A program made the translations under genes and the position numbers. A stretch of DNA of 64,000 nucleotides from a phage: assembly GCA_017822615.1 (NCBI GenBank), contig GCA_017822615.1_4530.1; one strand, given 5' to 3'. The notes below the pieces were generated by a model, which saw only the letters and a program-made list of their open reading frames with translations, was not told the DNA's origin and did not search any database. Every line of letters begins with the position of its first letter. The first letter of the stretch is position 1. Positions 20,223-31,013 of the stretch are shown one piece after another.

Positions 20223-21710
20223 TTACACTCCATACTCGTAAGAAATGTTATCAAGGTCAAAAGAAGGGACAACATTATAAGCAGGAACTATATTATTCTC
20301 TGTATATTTACTGTCATCCTCAGTATTAAGTTTAACATAAACACGAAGAGAAGTCAAGCGTCCAAAAGCAAGTGCTGCATAAATAACACCTTTGATTTGA
20401 TCGTTCGTTACTGAAGAACCTAATTCAAAGTAAGCTTGCAGGTTTTGTAAAGCTTCTACGATGTTTTGTTTTTCTGTTCCACTTAAAGTTGTTCCGTTGA
20501 CAGTTTGATAAACAAGTTTTACAGAATACATAGCAGAAGCACCAGGAGAGAAGCGAATAATTTCTTGTCCTCCATCTTCTGTTGTAACTGTTATGTTAGT
20601 TGTTCCGTGTGTCAAAGTGTTGATTGGTTTGGTTTTATAAATAACATTTGCAATTTCTTCTGCACTGCCACCATAAACTATAGTCTGGAAAGTCATAGCT
20701 GGAGCGTGTTCTTGATCATGTAACGTAGGGTTATCATAAATCTTCACCTTAGTAACACCATCTGTAAGCAACAGAGCTTTCACAATAGCTGCTCGTGTCC
20801 CTGCGTTAGCTTCATCAACGTTGTCATTGAAACGAGAGCGGAATTCTGCGTCTGTCTCAACATCTCGACCAGGAGAAAATGAATAGAAGTTACCACTGTC
20901 AAGATAACCTGTAAAGGTAGAAGATATCCCTGTAATAGACTCCACACCAACAGGATTGTATCCTTTCTCTGCTGCAACTACCGGAATCTCACTCCATTTG
21001 GTTCCAACCGGAACACTAGCATAAAATTTAATAGGAGTTACCAGCCCCACTGGAGTATCACTGGTTAAAGAAGTAAAACCAATTGATAAGTTACCTGAAT
21101 CAGAAAATACAAGACTACGATCAGCTTCTGTTAAATTTGCCTTGATAAAAGTTTCAAGATCGGTTATAAATGTAGAAGAACCAGGTGCAAGTGTTTTACT
21201 GTTTAGTCCTCCATCGACCGCACTTTGTGCATAAAAAGTAATATTTGGAACACCTGTAGCAGTTGCATTAGCACGAGAGATTTGATAAGCTGCAATCTTA
21301 GCATTCAACATAGTTGGTGTGCTAACATAGTAGTTCATATCACTATCAGAGTTGAAATAAATATCTGTGCCTAGCTCATAAGTCCAAGCTGCTTTGTTAT
21401 TACTCTTAACATATGCATAACCTGTACTTGCTGCTGCACCTGCTCGATAGAAACCGCGTTTAGAAAAGATTTCATCAAGATAAATACCTTCTGCACCATC
21501 CAGTGTTTGAGTATTATAAACACCTTGCATACCTTCCCACAATGTGTAATCTGTGTATGCAATTATTCTAAACAGTTGTCCGATCACAGTATCTTCCGAA
21601 GTGGCTGCATCTGCACCAAATGTGTTTTTTACTGCTGTCATGTAGTTGTTTAAAACATCGTCAAAAGTCGGGATTACAAATCCCGCATCTGTCAAACCAT
21701 ATTCGTCCAT
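20223..21710 (-). CDS. baseplate J-like protein
   Basis: 495 aa; size and position upstream of gpI-like and fiber genes. Confidence 0.45.
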   Translation of the reverse strand: MDEYGLTDAGFVIPTFDDVLNNYMTAVKNTFGADAATSEDTVIGQLFRIIAYTDYTLWEGMQGVYNTQTLDGAEGIYLDEIFSKRGFYRAGAAASTGYAYVKSNNKAAWTYELGTDIYFNSDSDMNYYVSTPTMLNAKIAAYQISRANATATGVPNITFYAQSAVDGGLNSKTLAPGSSTFITDLETFIKANLTEADRSLVFSDSGNLSIGFTSLTSDTPVGLVTPIKFYASVPVGTKWSEIPVVAAEKGYNPVGVESITGISSTFTGYLDSGNFYSFSPGRDVETDAEFRSRFNDNVDEANAGTRAAIVKALLLTDGVTKVKIYDNPTLHDQEHAPAMTFQTIVYGGSAEEIANVIYKTKPINTLTHGTTNITVTTEDGGQEIIRFSPGASAMYSVKLVYQTVNGTTLSGTEKQNIVEALQNLQAYFELGSSVTNDQIKGVIYAALAFGRLTSLRVYVKLNTEDDSKYTENNIVPAYNVVPSFDLDNISYEYGV

Positions 21711-21952
21711 TAGTCATCCTCTTTGGTAGATTGTGATCTGCCCCAGCGTAAATCAATAAGATTTTTCATGAGGCGAGAAGGAGTTATCATGAAAACAAAA
21801 GCCCAACCCATCCATTCAGGAATTTCTTTTTCTATTCCTAAAAAGATAAACATGCCTGTCATAACCGACATGCCTACAGCGTTCCAGACTTTCGTAGAAC
21901 TGACTTTATTATCAGGATATGTACAGAACATACCTATTAAAAATTTTCTCAT
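21710..21952 (-). CDS. small membrane protein (two TM segments)
   Basis: 80 aa; hydrophobic stretches VMTGMFIFLGI and WMGWAFVFMI; charged C-terminus. Confidence 0.5.
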   Translation of the reverse strand: MRKFLIGMFCTYPDNKVSSTKVWNAVGMSVMTGMFIFLGIEKEIPEWMGWAFVFMITPSRLMKNLIDLRWGRSQSTKEDD

Positions 21953-21954
21953 AG

Positions 21955-22103
21955 TGCGTTCTCATTACTTTTTAAATCACGATATGCAGCTAATTCCCCA
22001 AGGTCTACAGAACCCGCTGAATGCACAAGTACAGCAGCACTAAGACTAATGGCAGTAGTACCTGGGGCAATACCGCCTTGGGAGAACATTTCGTTCATAA
22101 GTA
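21955..22103 (-). CDS. hypothetical small protein (49 aa), not in ORF track
   Basis: RBS AAGAGG before ATG at 22103; its TGA overlaps the ATG of the 21952 gene. Confidence 0.4.
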
Positions 22104-22148
22104 CCTCTTTGTTTTTCTAAGAAACCCCCTCCGAAGAGGGGTTTGTTA

Positions 22149-24131
22149 TTAAGATCCTGAAGACTTAACCCATGTAAAGGTGTCTCCACGATAAATAACT
22201 TCGTATCCGAGAGTAGTGTCGAAATACTTTTGCCATGCGTAAGGCTGGCTAGGTCTATTGGCTGTAGTACCGCCTTCGTTTAGCCCGTAACTGAAGCGTC
22301 CGGTGCCGTTTGCGCTAAAGAACTCACCTCGCACGGTATCGATACTCCAAGTATTTAATAGCTTCTTGCAAATCATCTTACCTGTGGCAGTGCTACGCAC
22401 TTCAGTAGTACGCGCCTCCAACATATCAGTAAAGATGAAATTCATCTGATTGCCTGATGTGTTGTAGCAGGTAAATTGCATTTCATCTGTACCATAACCA
22501 GCCTGAATAGTTACGGCAATAGGCCTGGTTGCATTGGTATTACGCACCTCATTACACCAGCGCGAGTTAGTAACTGTACCTGATGCAGTGAACTCCTGGT
22601 ATATCTTAGAGTTCGTGCGAATGCCTGCTGCTGCCGGGTTATGAATCTCAGGGTAAGTAAACTTACTACGGTCATACGTTATGTTGTTGAAAGTATAATT
22701 GCCGACATCTCCCGATATATTGTTTGTAATGGCAATAGGGTGAGTAAGCGTAGTACTACGGTTAATGATGTTTAGGTTATCAATTGTGATACCACCTGCA
22801 GTACCCCCTGCATAGTTATTGTAAATACCAATAGCTACACCATACGGGGAACTGGTATCACCTACCTGGTTACAGTTCAAACTTGTCATATTACGGATAT
22901 GGAACTTACAATCATCTCGCCACTTAACAGTTTGCAGTTCCTGATTCTTACTGTTACGCCCATAAACGGAATCAATAGTAATATTGCCGGACACGCCCCC
23001 GTCACCACGGATTTCTATACAACGTTGGCATCCAATAGATGATACGGACCCTACGGTAACGTTTATAGGTTGTGATACACCAGTAAGTTGGTGTACTGCA
23101 AACAGGAGTGCAGGCCCAGCGTTATTAACACCTCGTACAGAACCTATTACTAAATCAATGATAAATTCAGAAGATACGTCAGGCTCCACGTCAATAGTAG
23201 CCCACGGACCTGCCGAAGCTCCTTGAATACTAACTCCTACACTATCTTCGATATATAAACCACGGCATGAGATAACACTTATACCTTGTCTACGAGAACG
23301 GGTGTATACACCAGTACCGGTAATTGCACCTCCGTACTGTTGGTCGTCGTTAACGAACCAAAGGATACTATCGCCCCAACAATAACTGATGTTTGGTGAA
23401 TCAATCACAAGGTTGCTACTGTTGAAGTTGCGAATACCATAACCCCATTCACCTGTAGTCCCTGTATGTGTTTCAACATCACCAACAATAACAGGGTTAA
23501 TTATTTTTGAGTTATGAGCATAGTAAGCGTCTATGATGACATATCGCCCTGATTCTACTGCATCCATTTTTAAAGACGCACCAGCAGAAAATTCGATGTC
23601 TATATTTTGGCGGGTCATTCTCAGCCCCATAGGATATGTTTCACTCCTGACAGGGTCCAAAGTATCCACGAGAACAATTCTATGCTCTCCTGGCGGAATG
23701 GTTACTTTATTAGGGGTCAATTCATATGCGGTTTTCAGAAGAGGCATGATGTCGTCTCCGCTTTTTACAGCCCCCCAATTTCTTAAATCGTCGATATCAA
23801 ATCCATTAAGTAATCCAACGCACTGCCACGAGTCGTCAGGGGAGGAACCGGCACCTACAGTTATAGTGCCGTATTTGGGTGTGTAATAATAACCGTTTGT
23901 TGTGTTTTTTAGAGCTGATACACCCTCAGTTGCGCTTCCTCCTGATAAGAAAGATCCTTCAGACTTAACTAATTGGAGTGGTTTTAGTGTATTATTAGCC
24001 CAGCTTCCAACCGTGTCAGTAAGAAAGTTGGAAACTGTGCTTTTAACAGTCTTATCAGGTTGGTCTAAAACCAGGTAATCAGAACCATTAACTTTTGATG
24101 TTTCGGGTAAATTAGTAATTGTAGTTGACAT
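22149..24131 (-). CDS. tailspike protein, pectate-lyase-like beta-helix
   Basis: 660 aa; repetitive G/N/S/V-rich beta-strand pattern. Confidence 0.6.
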   Translation of the reverse strand: MSTTITNLPETSKVNGSDYLVLDQPDKTVKSTVSNFLTDTVGSWANNTLKPLQLVKSEGSFLSGGSATEGVSALKNTTNGYYYTPKYGTITVGAGSSPDDSWQCVGLLNGFDIDDLRNWGAVKSGDDIMPLLKTAYELTPNKVTIPPGEHRIVLVDTLDPVRSETYPMGLRMTRQNIDIEFSAGASLKMDAVESGRYVIIDAYYAHNSKIINPVIVGDVETHTGTTGEWGYGIRNFNSSNLVIDSPNISYCWGDSILWFVNDDQQYGGAITGTGVYTRSRRQGISVISCRGLYIEDSVGVSIQGASAGPWATIDVEPDVSSEFIIDLVIGSVRGVNNAGPALLFAVHQLTGVSQPINVTVGSVSSIGCQRCIEIRGDGGVSGNITIDSVYGRNSKNQELQTVKWRDDCKFHIRNMTSLNCNQVGDTSSPYGVAIGIYNNYAGGTAGGITIDNLNIINRSTTLTHPIAITNNISGDVGNYTFNNITYDRSKFTYPEIHNPAAAGIRTNSKIYQEFTASGTVTNSRWCNEVRNTNATRPIAVTIQAGYGTDEMQFTCYNTSGNQMNFIFTDMLEARTTEVRSTATGKMICKKLLNTWSIDTVRGEFFSANGTGRFSYGLNEGGTTANRPSQPYAWQKYFDTTLGYEVIYRGDTFTWVKSSGS

Positions 24132-24139
24132 TTTTACTC

Positions 24140-26293
24140 CTATATATAAAATTTTTGTGTTGTTACCAAATCTTCTCCAGATTTAGTAGCTAATGTAATT
24201 CCACTTATGGTAGCAATCTCAACATTTGCTTGTTTAAGAGTGATATCTTGCAAATAACAATTCAAAGGCACATTACCCATATAGAAAACTTGGGATTGAG
24301 AATTAACTACCGTGATGGAATCATGCATTATTTGAGGATAGGCCCATATATATTGTGTAAGCCCATTGAACTTATTGGCGTTCAACACTATATTACCTAT
24401 AATCATCTTCCAAAGATATGTGCGGTAGTTTGATTTAGGATCAAAGCCATACAAAGGTGCAAGAGTAGCATCTGGAACAAAACCTGAAAGGTAGTGAATA
24501 TCAGAATATTCAAAACCTAATTTTTCATGTGGTATAGTAATTGCATCAAATGCTTTCATCATCTTACCTTCCAGAAGCCAGTCATAACACTCTGAACAGT
24601 AAAAATCAAAAGCTTCAGGAATGTAGTAATCAGACGGGAAGTTAACTTTCTCCATCAAACCGTTGCCGATAATTGATGGCAAGAACGGAAGCAATGTTAC
24701 CTTGGCTCCTGGGTAAGTTGCTCTAGTATCTGTTGCAAACTTTGTAACTCTTAATCCTAGTTTACGAGACAAAAATGCATAATATTCGTCAAACGGCGTT
24801 CCTGTTTTATAATTATCTATTGTTCCTGCATCTTGTGCAAATAAACCTGTTTCTGTGTTGAATGCCAGTTTGGTAGTGTAATCATATATGCAAGGCATTT
24901 TACTTGCTGTATTATACCACCACCAAGGCTCACCAATTTGAATGACAACTGGAATATTATTAGCTTGCGAAATAGATGCTATTTTATTAATAACATTTTG
25001 CAAATATTCCATACCTTCGTCAATAGTTGGAGACAACACATAACTAGGAGGTTCATACCCTGTTGCTGCAAGAGCATCGTTCCAATCATGCTGGACCCAT
25101 TCTACAGGACAAACTGTGCTCATCAATTCAAAACTTAAAGAGTTCATTATTGTGTAGCCCTTCTCGTTTGCTATAGAATGGAAGCTGTTAAGCCAAGCTT
25201 CTGTAGCCGGATTCAGGAAAACAGATTTATTTAAAGCCCAAGATGTTCCATTCCATGAGAACTCATAATAGTGAGACATTCCGTTATAATGGTTAATCAT
25301 CCCACGATAACCTAGTGCATATGTATTATAAATAACTCTCTCTGGAGTCAGGTTATACATATCATCATAAGATGTGCACATGCGAATATCATGTTCAGGC
25401 TGGACAAGGTTGCTGACTTTCATCATACTGTAACCAGAGGTAGGTTCAAGAAGAGTGAAAGTAAACCAAGCCTCTTGACTGTCAATAGGTACAACCTCTT
25501 CTATTTCTTCATACCTTGCTGTAATCAAAGAGAAGAAAATATTATCTACAGCACTCATATCCAAAGGAATATCATTATTAGGGCCAGAAAAGATATTACC
25601 AAAATCTAACTTGATTGTAGCTGTTTTACCATCTTCTGAAATATCTGAAGCGTAGAATCCTAAACTGACATAATGAACACTTTTATCCAGGAGAGTTACA
25701 GTCAAAGTCGGCACCAAAGGTTCTTCTTTAAAACCTGGCATGTTTTGACTAATTTCCATTTTAAACCAAAGTTTCTCTGAACTTAAATCTGTGTGGGGTA
25801 AATACCCAACACCTTTATGGTCATATTTGTCAACTGTGCTCCAGATAACCCCTGCCAAACCTGCTGTTGTTCTGTTTACAAATCTTGCAGTAAAAGAGTC
25901 TCCATGAGATACAATAGAACAACTTTCCGTTGCTTGAGAATCTATTGTCCAATACATAGGAGAGAACATTTTAACGTCTTTTGTAGTCCAAGTTATTGGA
26001 GTAGTATTTTCTTGGATAGTAGTTATAATACAATTGATGGTTGTTTCAACCATCATGTTATTTTGACTAATCCCTGAAACTTGGAGGGAGAAGTTAAGAT
26101 CTATTGAGTTCTTTGGTCGTTCAAATACTTCAACCACAATGGTAGCAGAATCAGCATCATCAGGGAACACAAGTGTTCCCGATTTTGCAATATAATCTCT
26201 ACCAGCGACTGCTGTTCCATCAACAGTCGTGTAGTTAAATGAACTCGCATTTACTCTCTTGTCTCGCGTGACAGTAAATATAGCTTGTTTCAT
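24140..26293 (-). CDS. tail-associated protein with N-terminal Calx-beta-like domain
   Basis: 717 aa; FNYTTVDGTAVAGRDYIAKSGTLVFPDD matches the Calx-beta motif; large C-terminal domain. Confidence 0.5.
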   Translation of the reverse strand: MKQAIFTVTRDKRVNASSFNYTTVDGTAVAGRDYIAKSGTLVFPDDADSATIVVEVFERPKNSIDLNFSLQVSGISQNNMMVETTINCIITTIQENTTPITWTTKDVKMFSPMYWTIDSQATESCSIVSHGDSFTARFVNRTTAGLAGVIWSTVDKYDHKGVGYLPHTDLSSEKLWFKMEISQNMPGFKEEPLVPTLTVTLLDKSVHYVSLGFYASDISEDGKTATIKLDFGNIFSGPNNDIPLDMSAVDNIFFSLITARYEEIEEVVPIDSQEAWFTFTLLEPTSGYSMMKVSNLVQPEHDIRMCTSYDDMYNLTPERVIYNTYALGYRGMINHYNGMSHYYEFSWNGTSWALNKSVFLNPATEAWLNSFHSIANEKGYTIMNSLSFELMSTVCPVEWVQHDWNDALAATGYEPPSYVLSPTIDEGMEYLQNVINKIASISQANNIPVVIQIGEPWWWYNTASKMPCIYDYTTKLAFNTETGLFAQDAGTIDNYKTGTPFDEYYAFLSRKLGLRVTKFATDTRATYPGAKVTLLPFLPSIIGNGLMEKVNFPSDYYIPEAFDFYCSECYDWLLEGKMMKAFDAITIPHEKLGFEYSDIHYLSGFVPDATLAPLYGFDPKSNYRTYLWKMIIGNIVLNANKFNGLTQYIWAYPQIMHDSITVVNSQSQVFYMGNVPLNCYLQDITLKQANVEIATISGITLATKSGEDLVTTQKFYI

Positions 26294-26301
26294 TTTACCC
26301 C

Positions 26302-29178
26302 TTACTCGGTAACGTCCACACTAATGTTTGCCATTGTCAAAACAGTAAGTGCAGGAATATTGCTCGAATCCAAAACAGGTAATGCATTTTGGGGATTAAG
26401 TTTTTTGTATAAGGCATACAACCCAAAACCACGTAACAACTCTCCGGCGTGGAAGCCAAAGAAGACTCCGTTATCACTGTCTGGTCTAGGAGCAGCACTC
26501 CAACAACCATTCATAACGTGATTAGGACCAAGAACAATATAATTTTCCTGAATAAGTTCAAAACAGCGATCTGCTACTATTTTAATGTTAGGAATTTCTG
26601 AATCATATCCAGCCATCCCCATTATAGCACATCCCGCCATAAAGAGCGCAGACATGTGACTTGTAAAGTCATCTACAGGCGCAGCCACTTCTCCGTTGGG
26701 ATAAAATATTGTTGGTGTTCTTCCTTCGTTGTTATCTTGGAACCACTTCAGATAATTGATCCAGTTTTTACAAACTGTTAAAAGTTTTGCAGGAACTTCT
26801 GCTCCTCGTTGCTTCAGTTCGTATACTGTATGACACGCACAGAAGAATGCTCGTGCTTCATAACCATCCCAAGCTTTATCGTTCCAATGATACATTGTGA
26901 ACTCATTCTTGTTTCCATATTTATGAGCATCCCAACGATCCCAAACATAAGCTTGTGCCATTGGCCCAGGCATCACAGGGGCAAACTTATTATAAAACCA
27001 CATTTGTGAATCATATAAAAAGTCTATACTGTTGTTCATACGAACCCAGTCAATATCTCTCCCTTTAAAACAATATAAGGATGGGTATTGATAACCTGGG
27101 TAAGGAATACCACGCCAACCATCATACAATGCTGTGTTAGGATCACTAATATTGGAAAATGGAATGATTCCTGGAGTATAATTCAAACTATCAAGTTTGT
27201 AGTCCAGTATCGTACAATCTCCAAGTTTTGCTGTATAAGGCTTTTCAGACGAAACTGTAACCCTGAAGTACATTGTGTAGTCATCGCCAGTGGCTGAAGA
27301 ATACAAAGATGGGATATCGTTAACGCAATAAAAGTCGATTGCCCCTGTCAAACCATTTGCAGGTTCAGAATCCAATGCAATGTTAATCTGATCAACAGTA
27401 GTCAGGTTTATTGACGAAGGTTTTGTCTCTGTGTCATTGTGATTAGGTTGCCAAGTACTTAATTTGAAATCAGCAGGACTTAAAGCTTTAGTAACCCATG
27501 CAGAATTTGTTTTTTCTAACATGGCCCACCATCTCCAACCTGCGGAATCCGTAATAGTGATGTTAAAATCATCTGCGTATGAACGATACGTAATAGATTT
27601 TAAATTGGTTGTTTTAGTTGGTGTTAACCAAAACCCAATAGTAAAACCACCATCTGAATCCATATTAGCAGAAACTATCTGATCACTATTTGTCCCAGCA
27701 ATACCAGTTGCATATTTATATTGTATCACAGTATTGCTTCCCCAGTCAACAATGATTCTAGGTTCAGCAATAATATATACACCACCTCCAGGAGGTTCAG
27801 TGCGCATAAAACTGGATAAAGGTATATCCATCTTAGTCATATTAGCTGCACCAAGAGGTAAGCCACAACGATATGTCACTGTGTCTGTTTCACTCTTAGT
27901 CTTGCTTAATTCTAACTCTGGACGGAAAAGAACACCTTCCCCTGCATCATCTACGCCTTGAAACTCAATACGCAGTTTTGAATTCTGATCCACTCTGAAC
28001 CAAACTGCTTGTTGTTCTAGAGTTGTTTGTGCTGCAACATCTTGGCGAATTACTGTGTATCCTAACTCGTCACGAGAATATTTAGGTATTGCTGTAGATG
28101 GGTATGAGTAATCATACGAGATACCATCTGTAAAAGGAATTATTGCTGTCGTAGATCTACGGAAGAATTTATCAAACATATCGATGTTTGAGTAGTCTTG
28201 ACACAACAATAAAGAAGATTGCCAGCAAAGCCAGTATTTTCTCTCTCCTGTGATTTGATACATCAAGTAGTTTGCATCACACCACCACGTTTCAGCATCG
28301 GAAGCATTATCTTGATAACCTAACTCTACCGGAACGTTTACAGGACGGTTATGCCACATCTCATTACGCTTAAGCAGATATCCACCGTGTTCTACAGGAT
28401 TGCATGTAGCGTAGTTGAATTTATAGTCCCCGTTCACAGAAGCATTTTTAAGTTGCACTGTTCCATATTCTGCGAAGCTGTGCCCTGTAGATAAAATGTT
28501 ACCGTCCCAATCAACTTTACGTCCTAGACGATCTATAATCCATTCAACGTCCCACTGATCTCCATATTCTTTCCAGTTGGTTGAACCATCTGGGTTAGTT
28601 GCATAAACTGTTGCGTTAACGGAGTTCCAACCAAGATTGCCATTGAAAGCAAACCAAGCTTTATCTAAGTATTCCCCCCAATGCGGTGCACCTTTAGGAA
28701 TAACAGTCCTTCCGTTAATCCAAGTCATCATGCTACCTTTGAACCCGCCGTGCGTAGGATACCCATCATCTGTGAGAGGGTAATGTGCTAAACGTGGTTC
28801 TTTACCATTGATGATCCAGTTGGGACGATATTTAGCTGGAGGATCAGGAATAGGTTGGCCCCCGAAGAAGTGATCTATATAGGCTTGCCAATACTTCTCG
28901 GCAGATTCAAGATATTTTTTATCCCCTGTAGCCAAATATGCATAAGCAAAACCAGTGATAAGCACAGATTGACCTTCGGTAGTAGCGTCACCGTTTGGTT
29001 GCCCTTCCTGCGCTGTCCAGTTAATAAAGTGTCTGTTGTTCGCCAATACGTTTTGTGGGTTGATAATGTAATGCTGAACCGTAGGATCTATGGTAAGCCC
29101 AGTATTTCTTTCCAAAAACTGAACCAACCCTTCAATCAACTGAAACGTGTTGTCAATATTGTGCTTAACTCTTGACAT
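26302..29178 (-). CDS. large tail fiber/depolymerase-like protein
   Basis: 958 aa; N-terminal region (GFAYAYLATGDKKYLESAEKYWQAY) resembles alpha/alpha-toroid polysaccharide lyase/hydrolase folds. Confidence 0.45.
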   Translation of the reverse strand: MSRVKHNIDNTFQLIEGLVQFLERNTGLTIDPTVQHYIINPQNVLANNRHFINWTAQEGQPNGDATTEGQSVLITGFAYAYLATGDKKYLESAEKYWQAYIDHFFGGQPIPDPPAKYRPNWIINGKEPRLAHYPLTDDGYPTHGGFKGSMMTWINGRTVIPKGAPHWGEYLDKAWFAFNGNLGWNSVNATVYATNPDGSTNWKEYGDQWDVEWIIDRLGRKVDWDGNILSTGHSFAEYGTVQLKNASVNGDYKFNYATCNPVEHGGYLLKRNEMWHNRPVNVPVELGYQDNASDAETWWCDANYLMYQITGERKYWLCWQSSLLLCQDYSNIDMFDKFFRRSTTAIIPFTDGISYDYSYPSTAIPKYSRDELGYTVIRQDVAAQTTLEQQAVWFRVDQNSKLRIEFQGVDDAGEGVLFRPELELSKTKSETDTVTYRCGLPLGAANMTKMDIPLSSFMRTEPPGGGVYIIAEPRIIVDWGSNTVIQYKYATGIAGTNSDQIVSANMDSDGGFTIGFWLTPTKTTNLKSITYRSYADDFNITITDSAGWRWWAMLEKTNSAWVTKALSPADFKLSTWQPNHNDTETKPSSINLTTVDQINIALDSEPANGLTGAIDFYCVNDIPSLYSSATGDDYTMYFRVTVSSEKPYTAKLGDCTILDYKLDSLNYTPGIIPFSNISDPNTALYDGWRGIPYPGYQYPSLYCFKGRDIDWVRMNNSIDFLYDSQMWFYNKFAPVMPGPMAQAYVWDRWDAHKYGNKNEFTMYHWNDKAWDGYEARAFFCACHTVYELKQRGAEVPAKLLTVCKNWINYLKWFQDNNEGRTPTIFYPNGEVAAPVDDFTSHMSALFMAGCAIMGMAGYDSEIPNIKIVADRCFELIQENYIVLGPNHVMNGCWSAAPRPDSDNGVFFGFHAGELLRGFGLYALYKKLNPQNALPVLDSSNIPALTVLTMANISVDVTE

Positions 29179-29651
29179 TAAATAACTCCTGCTAAAACTA
29201 AGCTACCTGTCCAAGTTGCTCCATTATCATAACTGATAAACTCAAAAGTGTCTGTTGCACCTTGACGATAACTCAAAACTGGGGAACGACCAAAACTCCA
29301 TTTTACAGAAGAAGGCCATACGACTTTATTTGCACCACTTCCTTGACGCAAAGCTAAAGTAAAGTTTAAAACTGCATTTGTTGCTACTGGAATATTAGTA
29401 AAACTAATTGTGCACGTTGCAGAAGATAAAGTTGCTGAAAAATATTCTGCCGAACTAATATCTAATGCTAGGGTGCTAGTTACTGTTCCCCGTGCATTCA
29501 GACGGTTTCTAGTTACCCCTGCACCACTCAACAGCACTTTCAAAGAAGTTTTCTTTGTTATTCCAGCCTGATCTGTTACAAAGAAATCTGTATCAGACAC
29601 AGAGGTTGTTTGGGTAAGATCAGAAACTTTGATCGTAGTTAAATCTGCCAT
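29178..29651 (-). CDS. tail/baseplate protein
   Basis: 157 aa; start overlaps the upstream stop. Confidence 0.5.
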   Translation of the reverse strand: MADLTTIKVSDLTQTTSVSDTDFFVTDQAGITKKTSLKVLLSGAGVTRNRLNARGTVTSTLALDISSAEYFSATLSSATCTISFTNIPVATNAVLNFTLALRQGSGANKVVWPSSVKWSFGRSPVLSYRQGATDTFEFISYDNGATWTGSLVLAGVI

Positions 29652-30277
29652 TACTCTTCTACTCCTGTCATAGCTGTTATACCGAAATTATTGTTTGTAG
29701 CTAATGCATCACCTTTTTCGTTAACCATGATTCTTTCCACTGCTGACTCTGTAGACCATTCATTCCACCAAGTAGAGTAGGTATCACGTGGCAAACCAAC
29801 AAAGTTGATAAAGCGATAAAGTCTATTCGAATTCTCAACAATACTGTAAGCTTCGCAAGTGATCGCTGCATTGTCTTCACCAGCTTCAGGGTAAATAAAC
29901 TCTTCAGAAGGTTGAGTATTGAATATAGATGTTACTGTATCTGCTCCAACTGTGACCATAACTGTCATTGAGTAATAACGTTGATCCATGTCATACGCAG
30001 ATTTATAACTGTTTATTGTATCAATGTAAACGTTTTTGGCAATCTCTGCTAAAAATATTCTGTCTACAATATCTTTCTTTCTGGCAACACCAATAATCTC
30101 TTGTAAGTAAGGAACACCGAAGTTAGTATTTAAAAACCACTCCCCACGATACGTGTTCAGAGTTATCCCAAGAGTTTGTGCTGCAATTTCTGTTCTGGTT
30201 GTAGTGAGGACCAAATCCCCATCATCCATGATGAGGTCGTTGTTTGGTCCAAGCTTTAAGTCAAAAGGGATTCCCAT
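29651..30277 (-). CDS. baseplate protein
   Basis: 208 aa; gene order. Confidence 0.45.
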   Translation of the reverse strand: MGIPFDLKLGPNNDLIMDDGDLVLTTTRTEIAAQTLGITLNTYRGEWFLNTNFGVPYLQEIIGVARKKDIVDRIFLAEIAKNVYIDTINSYKSAYDMDQRYYSMTVMVTVGADTVTSIFNTQPSEEFIYPEAGEDNAAITCEAYSIVENSNRLYRFINFVGLPRDTYSTWWNEWSTESAVERIMVNEKGDALATNNNFGITAMTGVEE

Positions 30278-30278
30278 G

Positions 30279-31013
30279 TTAGGCTCCTGTTGGTTTTAAG
30301 GACTCGGCACTTGAGCTACCGCTCTGAATGTTACGAACCGTGTGCGTGTGAGTATGGAATCCGATGCCATTACCATCTGTCATCAAACCGTTCTGATCTA
30401 TTTTAAGACCATTGATATCTGCCACGCCGCCTTTGAAAGTTAAATTACCACCTTTTAGATCCAAAGTCCCTGTGCCATCTGTAATAGTAATACCAGAGGT
30501 AGTAATATCTATTTTCATCCCTTGACTATTCCATATTGAAATATTACCTGTAGGGTCGAAAGAAGCGTACGTGTTTTTGTTGTTAGAAATAACTACCTTT
30601 TCAGAATCTACAGCTTCTGTTGAATCTGTTCCTGTAGCTATTTTGGGAATAAAACAAATAGGGTATAATCCACAAGGCTGCATAAAAGTGGATGATGAAG
30701 AGGTTTCTCCACTAGTTTGCAGTGCATTAGAAGGATCTCTTTCAGAAAATATAACAGTTCCTAAATCGCCAGCTTTAATAGGGAATGAGATTCTTCCTGT
30801 CCCACCACCATTAACCATAAAAGGAACATCTTCAAAAGTAGGGTAATCTATTTCATCTTCGCTAGATCGTGTGTTTTTAACAATAGATTCTAAGGTGACA
30901 GTCTTAGCACCATAATTAACGCCAGTCACACGGACTGGCAGGGCTGTATGGACTTCTGCTAATTGTTCTGTCATTAAGCCACGCATTGCTGTGACAAAAT
31001 TTAATGCATCCAT
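30279..31013 (-). CDS. baseplate central spike protein (gpV-like)
   Basis: 244 aa; C-terminal beta-rich region with HTHTH motif, resembling HxH iron-binding spike tips. Confidence 0.5.
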   Translation of the reverse strand: MDALNFVTAMRGLMTEQLAEVHTALPVRVTGVNYGAKTVTLESIVKNTRSSEDEIDYPTFEDVPFMVNGGGTGRISFPIKAGDLGTVIFSERDPSNALQTSGETSSSSTFMQPCGLYPICFIPKIATGTDSTEAVDSEKVVISNNKNTYASFDPTGNISIWNSQGMKIDITTSGITITDGTGTLDLKGGNLTFKGGVADINGLKIDQNGLMTDGNGIGFHTHTHTVRNIQSGSSSAESLKPTGA

